From an uncultured Actinomycetes bacterium (GTDB lineage Bacteria > Actinomycetota > Actinomycetes > S36-B12 > UBA10799), in the NCBI GenBank assembly GCA_964547485.1, contig CAZJNU010000003.1:18752-82751 (forward strand): a stretch of DNA of 64,000 nt. The letters are read 5' to 3'. Numbering within the stretch: the first letter of the stretch is position 1; the number at the start of each line of letters is the position of its first letter. Below the pieces are notes generated by a model, which was given only the letters and a program-made list of their open reading frames with translations, searched no databases and was not told the origin of the DNA. Positions 55,818 through 64,000 of this stretch are shown in pieces. The translations under genes were made by a program, and so were the position numbers.

Positions 55818-56462
55818 CTATTCGGCTAGCAGCGCGTAGATCTCCTTGCGGGTCCGATCGAGGAGTTCTTCGGCCTTGCCGATCTGTTCCTCGGTGCCCA
55901 CCCTTGCGAGTTGGCTGACTGCCGCCGCCAGGCTGCGGCCCGCTTCGCCGAGCCGACGTCCGGACTGGCGGCCGTCGGTGGCCGCGTCCTTCCACGGCTC
56001 GCCCCATTCCGCCCGGTGCTCGTCCACGTAGGCGCGACCCTCGGCGGTGAGACTGAACGACCGTCGGCCGTCCTCAGACTCGTTGGGCTCCACCAGACCC
56101 TTGACACTCAGTCGACGCAGCATCGGGTAGATCGCGCCGGGCGAAGGGCTCCATGCGCCGTCGCTGCGGTCGGTCAGTTCGGCGATCAGGTCGTAGCCAT
56201 GTCGTGGCTTCTCAGCGAGCAGCAGCAGGACCGCGGCGCGCAGTTGACCGCGGGCGGCGCGTCCCATGCCACGGCCGCGAGGGCCGGCGAAGTGCCCGTG
56301 TGGTCCACGACGACCCGAACCTCTGGACTGGCCGTGGTCGGCATCCTCTGTTGGGTCGTGATGATGGCGGGCGCAACTGCCGGCGTCGCCGGTGGCGGGG
56401 CAGCCCGTTGTGGGAGATGAGGACCGGAATGGTGTCCGGTGATTGTGTTTGGTGCGTGACAT
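55818..56462 (-). CDS. PadR family regulator
   Basis: GGAGG RBS, RAAVLLLLAEKPRHGYDLI...WSPSPGAIYP.L.RL...F.LT.EG. Confidence 0.92.
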   Translation of the reverse strand: MSRTKHNHRTPFRSSSPTTGCPATGDAGSCARHHHDPTEDADHGQSRGSGRRGPHGHFAGPRGRGMGRAARGQLRAAVLLLLAEKPRHGYDLIAELTDRSDGAWSPSPGAIYPMLRRLSVKGLVEPNESEDGRRSFSLTAEGRAYVDEHRAEWGEPWKDAATDGRQSGRRLGEAGRSLAAAVSQLARVGTEEQIGKAEELLDRTRKEIYALLAE

Positions 56463-56631
56463 TGATTCCTCCAGGAGTCAGTTCGGGCGGCATTTCCGCC
56501 CGGGTGCGCGCGTCGCAGATGTCCTGCGTTGGGGACCACGCCTCGCCGATGCGGTGGGCTGGTCTGTTGCGTGCACTACTTACAGTATGCACACTATCGC
56601 GACATAACGCAATAGTACGTGTTCCGGTCTG

Positions 56632-57462
56632 TCAGAGGTCCAGCGTCGCCCGCACCGCACAGTGGTCACTGACCGGTAGGGCCAGAACTTCGGCGCCAGC
56701 CCGCGCGGCCGCAACCTGCTCAATCGTGAGCCCGTCGGCAAGGATGTGATCGAACTGCACTTTGGGGCCGAACGACGGGTAGCTGGCGGCCCGGATCAAC
56801 TCGGGCCAGCCAGTGAACCAACCGGGCAGTCGGCCGGGCAGGTTGAAATCACCCATCAGCACCACCGGCCTCGGGAACTGCCGGAGCCACAACTTGATCA
56901 GGCGCAGTTGCCGGATGTTGTACCCAGGGACGAACGACAGGTGGGCCGCGGCAACGGTCATCGGACCGCTGGGCCCGTCGATCACGGCGGCGATCACCCC
57001 GCGGGGTTCATCCGGCACCTGCAGCACTCGAGGCCCCCGATCCCCTGGGACCAGCAGCGGTAGCGACAGCGGGGCCGCCGGGTAGACAGCGTGGTGCCAA
57101 CTGATTACCGGTACCCGGGAGACCAGGCCGACCCCGTACATCGGACCCACCGGGCAACTGGTTGCGGCCTCCAGTCGCGCCGCGTGATCGGCGGGCACGA
57201 AGTCACCTCGGTTGCCCGGTGTGCCTCGAACCGTCGGCAGAAACCGCCAATGTCGGGCGCCGGAGGCTTCTGCGGCGATCAGGACCTGGTCGACCTCACC
57301 GGACCTTGGTTGACAAACGTCGACTTCCTGAATGCCGAGCACGTCCGCATCCAACTCCCGGACCGCGGCGGCCAGGCCATCCGCGGTGGGATCGGGCACA
57401 CGGCCGGGGTCCACCCCAACCACCGGCTGGGAGTGGAGCAGGTTGAAAGTCGCAAGCCGCAC
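56632..57462 (-). CDS. Endonuclease/exonuclease/phosphatase (EEP) family protein
   Basis: LATFNL, DVLGIQEVD, AHLS, MGDFN, FDHIL, SDH. Confidence 0.92.
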   Translation of the reverse strand: MRLATFNLLHSQPVVGVDPGRVPDPTADGLAAAVRELDADVLGIQEVDVCQPRSGEVDQVLIAAEASGARHWRFLPTVRGTPGNRGDFVPADHAARLEAATSCPVGPMYGVGLVSRVPVISWHHAVYPAAPLSLPLLVPGDRGPRVLQVPDEPRGVIAAVIDGPSGPMTVAAAHLSFVPGYNIRQLRLIKLWLRQFPRPVVLMGDFNLPGRLPGWFTGWPELIRAASYPSFGPKVQFDHILADGLTIEQVAAARAGAEVLALPVSDHCAVRATLDL

Positions 57463-57618
57463 CCAACAGACGCTACCTTCCCCGGTGCCCCGGATAGTCG
57501 GCCGCCGGTACACCATCGGCGGCGCTCCCTAGGATGACCACGACCACCGGACCCGTCACCGACTTCGCCACCGCAGCCGCCAGACCACCCACACCGCCAG
57601 CCCACCCACGGGGGTTCA

Positions 57619-58560
57619 ATGACCACACCACAACGCAGGCTGATGCTGCTCGACACCGCCTCGCTCTACTTCCGGGCGTTCTTCGGGGTGCCGGATTCGA
57701 TCGTCGCCCCCGACGGCACGCCGGTGAATGCGGTCCGCGGACTGCTCGACTTCATCTCTCGACTGGTCACTGACTACTCCCCGACCGACCTGGTGGCCTG
57801 CTGGGACGACGACTGGCGACCGGAATTCCGGGTCGCGGCGATCCCGAGCTACAAGGCGCACCGGGTAGCCGAAGACTCGGCCGCCGACGAGGAGGAGGTG
57901 CCTGACCTGCTGTCACCGCAGGTGCCGATCATCGCCGACTGCCTCGCCGCGCTGGGGATAGCACGGGTGGGGGCACCTGGGTTCGAAGCCGACGATGTGA
58001 TTGCCACCCTGACTCAGCGGGCGGCCGGCCCGGTGCTGATCGTGACCGGGGACCGCGACCTGTTCCAGTTGGTCGACGATGCCCGCCCGGTCGGCGTCCT
58101 CTACACCGCAGCCCGCGGAGTCGGCCGGGCGGAACTGGTCAACGAGGCGTGGATTGAGCAGAAGTACGAAATCCCCGGCAACCGGTACGCGGACTTTGCG
58201 ACCCTGCGCGGTGATCCCTCCGACGGCCTGCCCGGTGTTCGCGGGATCGGCGCGAAGACGGCGGCCGATCTGCTCAATCGGTTCGGAACAATCGCCGGGA
58301 TCCAGGCGGCGGCGGCCGATCCGGAGACGAAATTGACCCCTTCGGTGAGGCGCAAGATAATCGAGGGGGCCGACTACCTGCAGATTGCACCTGAAGTGGT
58401 GGAGGTGGTGCGCACGGCGCCGCTGCCGGGGATGGATTCCGCCCTTCCCGAGCGCCCGGCCGACCCCGATCGGCTGGCCGAACTTGCGCAGCGATGGGGG
58501 CTGCAATCGCCGCTCAGCACGCTGGCAGCCGCGCTAGGCCAACGGACGGAGACCTCATGA
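57619..58560 (+). CDS. Stand-alone 5'-3' exonuclease / flap endonuclease (FenA-like)
   Basis: LLDTASLYFRAF.G, PSYKAHR, EADDVIAT, TGDRDL.QL, H3TH LRGDPSD.LPGV.GIG.KTA. Confidence 0.93.
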   Translation: MTTPQRRLMLLDTASLYFRAFFGVPDSIVAPDGTPVNAVRGLLDFISRLVTDYSPTDLVACWDDDWRPEFRVAAIPSYKAHRVAEDSAADEEEVPDLLSPQVPIIADCLAALGIARVGAPGFEADDVIATLTQRAAGPVLIVTGDRDLFQLVDDARPVGVLYTAARGVGRAELVNEAWIEQKYEIPGNRYADFATLRGDPSDGLPGVRGIGAKTAADLLNRFGTIAGIQAAAADPETKLTPSVRRKIIEGADYLQIAPEVVEVVRTAPLPGMDSALPERPADPDRLAELAQRWGLQSPLSTLAAALGQRTETS

Positions 58561-59468
58561 CCCGGCAACTCTTGACCGGGTTGGCGCTGGCCAGAGTAGG
58601 CTGCCGAGCTCCGCTAGCGCTGAAGGCCGACCCGGACTGGTGGGACACGGCACTGGCTGCCGGGGTGCTGGGGGTGGCCGTCGCCGGCGACCGGATCGAC
58701 GCCGACGGTGACGGTGACGGTGACGCGCAATTGAACTGGCTGCCGGTGACGGCGAACGACAGCCACCGGGCTGTGCTGCTCTCCGAGTCCGAACAGGGCA
58801 TCCGCGTTGCCCTGCTGGCGGACCAGGCCGGACCCTGGCCAAGTCTGAGAGTCATCGGCGCGGAGTTATCGGACTCCGATGCCGCAGACGCGACCGCAGC
58901 GGTCGCGCTTGCCACGTGGCACGCCCGCCATCCCCGCTGCCCAAGCTGCGGCGGGGCCACCGAGATGCATGAAGCTGGCTGGGCTCGGATCTGTCTGCAG
59001 GATGCGAGTGTGCACTATCCGCGGACCGACCCTGCGGTGATCGTGCTGGTCCGGGACGCCGATGACCGGGCGTTGCTCGGCCGGCGCGCCGACTGGCCAA
59101 CCAACTGGTTCTCCACCCTTGCTGGATTTGTCGAGGCGGGTGAATCCGCGGAGCAGGCCGTCGCCCGGGAGATCGCAGAGGAGGCAGGCGTCCACGTTCT
59201 GCCCGAGTCGCTGGTCTATCGAGGGAGTCAACCTTGGCCGTTTCCCTCGTCGCTGATGCTCGGTTACCACGCCTGGGTCGCAGGCTCTGCGCCGACAACA
59301 ACACCCGATCTGGACGAGATCGCCGAGGTGCGCTGGCTGACCCGGGCGGAACTTGCCGCCGGTGCCGCCGACGGCACGGTCCGAGTGCCGCCACCGGTGT
59401 CGATCGCCCGCCACCTGATCGAGGACTGGTTCGGTGACCGCCTACCCAGCGACTGGTCCCGACCATAG
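58557..59468 (+). CDS. nudC: NAD(H) diphosphatase NudC
   Basis: CPSCG...C...HYPRTDPAVI, Nudix box GFVEAGES.E.AVAREI.EE.G, SQPWPFPSSLM. Confidence 0.95.
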   Translation: MTRQLLTGLALARVGCRAPLALKADPDWWDTALAAGVLGVAVAGDRIDADGDGDGDAQLNWLPVTANDSHRAVLLSESEQGIRVALLADQAGPWPSLRVIGAELSDSDAADATAAVALATWHARHPRCPSCGGATEMHEAGWARICLQDASVHYPRTDPAVIVLVRDADDRALLGRRADWPTNWFSTLAGFVEAGESAEQAVAREIAEEAGVHVLPESLVYRGSQPWPFPSSLMLGYHAWVAGSAPTTTPDLDEIAEVRWLTRAELAAGAADGTVRVPPPVSIARHLIEDWFGDRLPSDWSRP

Positions 59469-59517
59469 CCTCGCGCCCTGTTCACCACCGGCGGGTCGTG
59501 GCTTCAATCGACGACGG

Positions 59518-62500
59518 TCAGCCGAGCTCGCCACGTAGCATTGCCGCCACTTCATCCGGGCCCGGCAAGTCCACCTGCGGCACCCTGCTGGACAGCGCCA
59601 CGTAGTAGAAGGAGGCCGAGACCTGGGCGAGCGGAACCCGCTGCAGTCGCGCCCAGGCGATCCGGTAGATGGCCAACTGCAGTGGGTCCGCCGAGGGTGA
59701 GCGACCCGTCTTCCAATCGACCACCTCCCACTGGTCGCCAGCTCGGTAGACCGCATCAATCTGGCCGGTGACCGGGATCCCGCCCAACGTGATGGTGAAC
59801 GGAAACTCGATCGCGAACGGCGCCCTGTCCGCGAATTCGGACAGCTCGAATGCCGCCTGTAGCTCCTGCAGTTCCGGTCCGTCGATGGGGCTCAGTTCAG
59901 CATCCGCGGCACCCTCGAGAGAATCGATCAGCGGTCGCTGTTGCCATCGTCGGGCAACCCAGTCATGGAACTGCGTTCCGAGCGCAGCAGCCGCGGCGGG
60001 GGGTCGGGGCATCGGTCGGCGAAGTGCCATTGCGAACCTGGCAGGGTCTGCCAGCAACAACTGGGCGGCCGTGACCGACAGGTGATCCGGCATGTCCACC
60101 TCGGTGGTGCGGGTATCCGCAGCGAGCCGTTCCCGCTCCAACGCCGCGAGGTCCGAGTCCCAGTGGGCCACCAGCGCCAACTCGTCCGCTGAGTACGCCG
60201 GAGTCGTGAGCTCCGCGGCGCCGTCGCCAGGCCCGGGCGATTCGGACCCCCGCGGACCGGCCTCGGCCGCATGCCAGACGGCTTGTGCGGCGGCCGTCAG
60301 CCTCCCCGTGGCAGCGTCGTCCATCGCGGGGAACTCCGCAGCGGCTGCGACTTCCTGGTGGGGGTTCGATTCGGAGGGATCCTGCTGCCAATGCGGGATG
60401 TCGACACCCCTGCCCGCCTCGAGCACCGCCAGATGCCGGGACACCTTGGACGTCGTGGCTCGGCCTGGCGCCCAGTGGTGCGAGGAGACGACCAGCCTGG
60501 ATCCCGCGCGGGTGATTGCGACATAGGTGAGACGCGACTTCTCCTGCTTCAGCAGCGCGCGCAGAGCGTCCAGGTGCGCCTCCAACTCCTTATTCGAAGT
60601 CGGCGCGAGATCGGGGCCGGGCGGCCGATCCCCTCGCACATCGTCCGGAATTGCCGCCGGATTCGTCGGCCACGGACCGTTCAGCTTCCCGGTATCGAAC
60701 TGGTCGGCCGTCATCCCCGGCAGGAATACCACCTCGGCCTCGAGACCCTTGGCCTTGTGCACGGTCATCACCCGCACCGCCCCCTGGGGATCTGGCGGTT
60801 CGAACCCCAGCCGCAACTCCGAGGCCCGCGCGATCCGAATAGCGCGCAGGAAGCCGGACAGGCCTGCCTGCGGATCCAGTGCGGAGTAGTCCGCGGCCAA
60901 CGAGATCAGCGCCGCTACCGCCGCTGCTCGCAGGCCAGCGCGCTGACCGAGCAGCAGTTCGACATCCAGACCGGTCTCCCGCACGACCCGCGCGACAAGC
61001 TCAGGCAGCGGATCGCCAAGGTGGCCGGCGATCCGATCGAGTTCCTGCCGCAGTAGCTGGAACCTCGAGAGCGCCTCCGCGGAGTAGGGCAGGTCGCCGG
61101 GGCTCACCACAGCGGCCAACAGCGACGGTAACTCGACCGGGTCGCTGCCCGCCACGGCCCGCTCAAGAGCGGACCGCATCCCGTCGGGGGTTGCCGGCCT
61201 CACCCCGTCGTCGACAAGTTCCTTGGCCCGCTGCCCGAGCAGGGCCAGGTCACGCAATCCGATCCGCCAGCGCGGGCCCACCAACAACCTGAGCAGGTCG
61301 GTATTGGCCGATGGGTCGGCCAGGGTCGCCAGTTGGGCCAACACATCCTGTACCTCAGGAACCTCCCAGAGCCCTGCCACATCAGAGGCTGACACGGGAA
61401 TCCCGGCAGCAGTCAGCGCTGACGCAAGGCGGCGCACGTCGGCATTTCGGCTCGCCAATACCAGGATCTCTTCGGGAGCCCGACCAGCGGCCAGCTCGAG
61501 GCCAACCTCGGCGACGAGGCGCTCCTCCTCGTCCGGTCGGGTATCGAACAGCAGCGCCTCGACGGTACCTGCCGACCTCTCCGAACCGGCGACGAGTTGC
61601 ACCGATTCCGAGATGCCCGCGGCGGCCGCCAGCTCGTTCGCCGAGGCCAGGATTCGGTCGCCGGAACGATAATTCGCGGAGAGTGCGTGAACCTGTGCTG
61701 GCGCCGCCGATCGGGCAGGAAAGTGCTCCGGAAAACGGGTGATGTTACCCGCCGCTGCACCGCGGAACGAGTAGATGGATTGTTTGGGATCACCCACGGC
61801 CAGCACTGGGTGACCGTCGCCGAATAGCCGCTGCAGGATGTCGCGCTGCACCACCGAGGTGTCCTGATACTCGTCGAGCAAGACCGCGGCGTAGCTGTCG
61901 CGGTAGATCGAGACGACTTCCGGCGAGGTCCTGGTGATGGTGTCGGCGAATCGCATCAGGTCGGCGAAGTCCATCACCCCCTCGCTGTCCTTGGCGGCCC
62001 GGTAGGCATCCACTGCGTGGCTGATCATCATTCGCTCTTGGGTGGCGGCGATTACTCGCTCGATATTGCGAGTGGGACGCACCGCGGCCGTCAACGTACG
62101 CAGCCGTCGCGCGTCCGCGGCGCGCAGCCGATCTGTGCCGACGGCGTGTTCGGCGAGTTCTGCGTCGAGCCGGACCACGGCGGAGACGGCGGTCGACGGG
62201 GTCAGTCGATGTCGCGTCTCGCCGAATTCCGGCACCCCCGACACCGTTCGGTAGGCGAGCGGACGGAGGGTGAACTCGGTCTCCAACCGGCGGTCGGGGT
62301 CGATCCCTGCCCGGAGGCCGTGTTCCCGGACAAGTCGCTGCGCGAAGGAGTGGTAGGTGGACACCTCTGGCAGCGCGGAACCCGGCGGGATATACCCCAA
62401 TCGACGTGCCTGCCGCAACCAGCGATCAATTCGGGCCGCCAACTCCGAGGCCGCCTTCCGGGTGAACGTCAGCCCGAGGATTTCCTCGGGCTCGGCAACC

Positions 62501-62688
62501 CCCCGCGCGATCAGGGTCACCATCCGGGCCGCCATCAAGGTGGTCTTGCCCGAACCCGCACCGGCAATCACCACAGCCGGGTCGGTCAGCGGTCCGAGCA
62601 CTATCGGCAACTGCTCGGCGGACATTGCGAACCCCATCAGGGTCTCGAGTTCCCGATGCCCGAAGGCGGCGGCTTTGGGTGCTGTCAC
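59518..62688 (-). CDS. adnB: Helicase-nuclease AdnB
   Basis: AGAGSGKT, LLDEYQDTS, VGDPKQSIY.FRGA, TVHKAKGLE, and a C-terminal RecB-type nuclease (GQIDAV..DWKTG..QL.IY). Confidence 0.92.
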   Translation of the reverse strand: MTAPKAAAFGHRELETLMGFAMSAEQLPIVLGPLTDPAVVIAGAGSGKTTLMAARMVTLIARGVAEPEEILGLTFTRKAASELAARIDRWLRQARRLGYIPPGSALPEVSTYHSFAQRLVREHGLRAGIDPDRRLETEFTLRPLAYRTVSGVPEFGETRHRLTPSTAVSAVVRLDAELAEHAVGTDRLRAADARRLRTLTAAVRPTRNIERVIAATQERMMISHAVDAYRAAKDSEGVMDFADLMRFADTITRTSPEVVSIYRDSYAAVLLDEYQDTSVVQRDILQRLFGDGHPVLAVGDPKQSIYSFRGAAAGNITRFPEHFPARSAAPAQVHALSANYRSGDRILASANELAAAAGISESVQLVAGSERSAGTVEALLFDTRPDEEERLVAEVGLELAAGRAPEEILVLASRNADVRRLASALTAAGIPVSASDVAGLWEVPEVQDVLAQLATLADPSANTDLLRLLVGPRWRIGLRDLALLGQRAKELVDDGVRPATPDGMRSALERAVAGSDPVELPSLLAAVVSPGDLPYSAEALSRFQLLRQELDRIAGHLGDPLPELVARVVRETGLDVELLLGQRAGLRAAAVAALISLAADYSALDPQAGLSGFLRAIRIARASELRLGFEPPDPQGAVRVMTVHKAKGLEAEVVFLPGMTADQFDTGKLNGPWPTNPAAIPDDVRGDRPPGPDLAPTSNKELEAHLDALRALLKQEKSRLTYVAITRAGSRLVVSSHHWAPGRATTSKVSRHLAVLEAGRGVDIPHWQQDPSESNPHQEVAAAAEFPAMDDAATGRLTAAAQAVWHAAEAGPRGSESPGPGDGAAELTTPAYSADELALVAHWDSDLAALERERLAADTRTTEVDMPDHLSVTAAQLLLADPARFAMALRRPMPRPPAAAAALGTQFHDWVARRWQQRPLIDSLEGAADAELSPIDGPELQELQAAFELSEFADRAPFAIEFPFTITLGGIPVTGQIDAVYRAGDQWEVVDWKTGRSPSADPLQLAIYRIAWARLQRVPLAQVSASFYYVALSSRVPQVDLPGPDEVAAMLRGELG

Positions 62689-64000
62689 GATCCGCCCCCG
62701 ACCTCGGCGCCACGGCCCGCCGGCATTGCCGGGCAGACGCGGCTAAACGCACAGGTCCGGCAGGCGGGACCGGGCAGCGCGACGACTCCCTCGGCACGGA
62801 TCACATCCTCAACCTGATGGATCTGCTCGCGCAACGGCTCCGAGTCCTGCAGCTTGGACTGGCCGCGCACCTTCGGCAGTGCCGAACCCTTACCGCCCTC
62901 GACGCCGAGATAGACCAGCTGGCCGCCAGCTGGCGTGATCTCGTCGGCCCCATCGAGCTCTAGCGCCAACTGGTACACCCCCAACTGCACATTTGACTCA
63001 GCCTCGGCAACACCCGTCACCGTGGCACCGGTCTTGAAATCGACGACGTGCCCACCCCCGGTGGAGTCGGTGACTACCAGGTCGATCGAACCGCGCATCT
63101 CCACCCCGCCGTCGGGTGAGCCAAGTTGGAAGGTGAAGGGCCGTTCCGTCTCGGTTCGACCAGTGATCGACTGGGCTCGCCAGGCGAGGAACCGATCCAA
63201 CGCCTCGACCGCGCGTTGCCGATCCTGATCGGACTGCCAGCCGGCCTCGAACGGCAACTCGTCCCACACCTCGTCGAGCACCGCCACCGTTGCCGCGGTG
63301 TCCGGCTCAACCTCACCGTCGATGACACCGGCGACGACAGCGTGCAGGATAGAACCGAACCCGAGCCGGGAATCACGACGCTCGCCCGCGGCAGCGCGAC
63401 GGTCCAGGAACCACCGCAGCGGACACTCGCGCGCTGCGGTGACCGCAGTCGCCGACAGCGTCACAGGTTCGGCTGCGGCCACCAGCGGCTGCGGAGCCAC
63501 GGTCAGTGAGCGGATTCCCCACCACCTGCGCGGGTCTGCCGCAGCTGTCAGCCCCCGCTCGCCGTCGAGACCTGCGAGCCTTACCAACCGTTCGGCCGCG
63601 GCGGCCCTGAGGTCAGGCGAGGACTCAGGGTCCATCAGGGCAGTGCGCAAGGATGCCGTCAGTGCGGCCGGGGTGAGGCGGCTGGGCGCGTGATGGGCCG
63701 ACAGCGCCTCCGCCGCGACAACGATGTCATACTCCTCGGGCTCCGAACCAGCTCTGACTTCGTCGATGAAGAGCGAAGGTTGCGGCTGGTCGGGTAACTG
63801 CGACTCGACACAGCTGATGACCAATCGATTGCGGGCCCTGGTCGCGGCAACGAATGCCAGCCGCCGCTCATCGTCAAGGACCTGGCGGCGGGTCAGCGGC
63901 TCCTCCACTCCACCGACACCCAGCCGATCGGCTTGCAGCAGAGAGCTGGACGTCCGCAGATCCGGCCACAGGTCCTGCTGCATCCCGACAAGCACCACCA
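62685..64000 (-). CDS. adnA: Helicase-nuclease AdnA, C-terminal part (runs off the right edge)
   Basis: RRLAFVAATRAR, CPLRWFL, G.ID..DFKTG, Q...YQLA, CRTC.F..VCP (1+3 Cys Fe-S pattern). GTGA overlap with adnB. Confidence 0.9.
   Translation of the reverse strand, partial: VVLVGMQQDLWPDLRTSSSLLQADRLGVGGVEEPLTRRQVLDDERRLAFVAATRARNRLVISCVESQLPDQPQPSLFIDEVRAGSEPEEYDIVVAAEALSAHHAPSRLTPAALTASLRTALMDPESSPDLRAAAAERLVRLAGLDGERGLTAAADPRRWWGIRSLTVAPQPLVAAAEPVTLSATAVTAARECPLRWFLDRRAAAGERRDSRLGFGSILHAVVAGVIDGEVEPDTAATVAVLDEVWDELPFEAGWQSDQDRQRAVEALDRFLAWRAQSITGRTETERPFTFQLGSPDGGVEMRGSIDLVVTDSTGGGHVVDFKTGATVTGVAEAESNVQLGVYQLALELDGADEITPAGGQLVYLGVEGGKGSALPKVRGQSKLQDSEPLREQIHQVEDVIRAEGVVALPGPACRTCAFSRVCPAMPAGRGAEVGGGS

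Noticed and set aside
57534-57773. 79-aa Thr/Pro-rich ORF upstream of the 5'-3' exonuclease
   Set aside because: It overlaps the exonuclease out of frame, is low-complexity and has no RBS or motif.

Overview
High-GC Actinomycetota DNA in two parts, divided by an initiator tRNA-Met gene (39434-39507, minus strand). The right part (about 41.6-64 kb) is mostly conserved actinobacterial backbone syntenic with M. tuberculosis Rv3193c-Rv3202c: UPF0182, PDZ/Lon protease, zincin, M48-like hydrolase, ABC1 kinase, uvrD2, mrx1, nudC, adnB and a partial adnA. Local changes there include no whiB7, an inverted nudC coupled to a 5'-3' exonuclease, and a decayed AAA-ATPase insertion. The left part (1-39.4 kb), downstream of the tRNA, is an accessory patchwork. 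Its defence and toxin-antitoxin genes are a Wadjet operon with a large internal deletion, intact mazEF and vapBC, an Abi-family HEPN gene with a structured upstream region, a Fic protein, and decayed relBE, RES and AbiE. It also carries a cobalt thiocyanate hydrolase cluster (fused beta-alpha, gamma, activator, NiCoT transporter), a RelA/SpoT homolog lacking both HD and ACT domains, a divergent YidC paralog, a CIRCE-preceded hsp20, a translationally coupled lipase-permease-lipase operon, and large secreted modular enzymes. One of these enzymes places a lysozyme/SLT-like domain between two CBM2 modules. All family assignments come from motif recognition by eye. No database searches were run.
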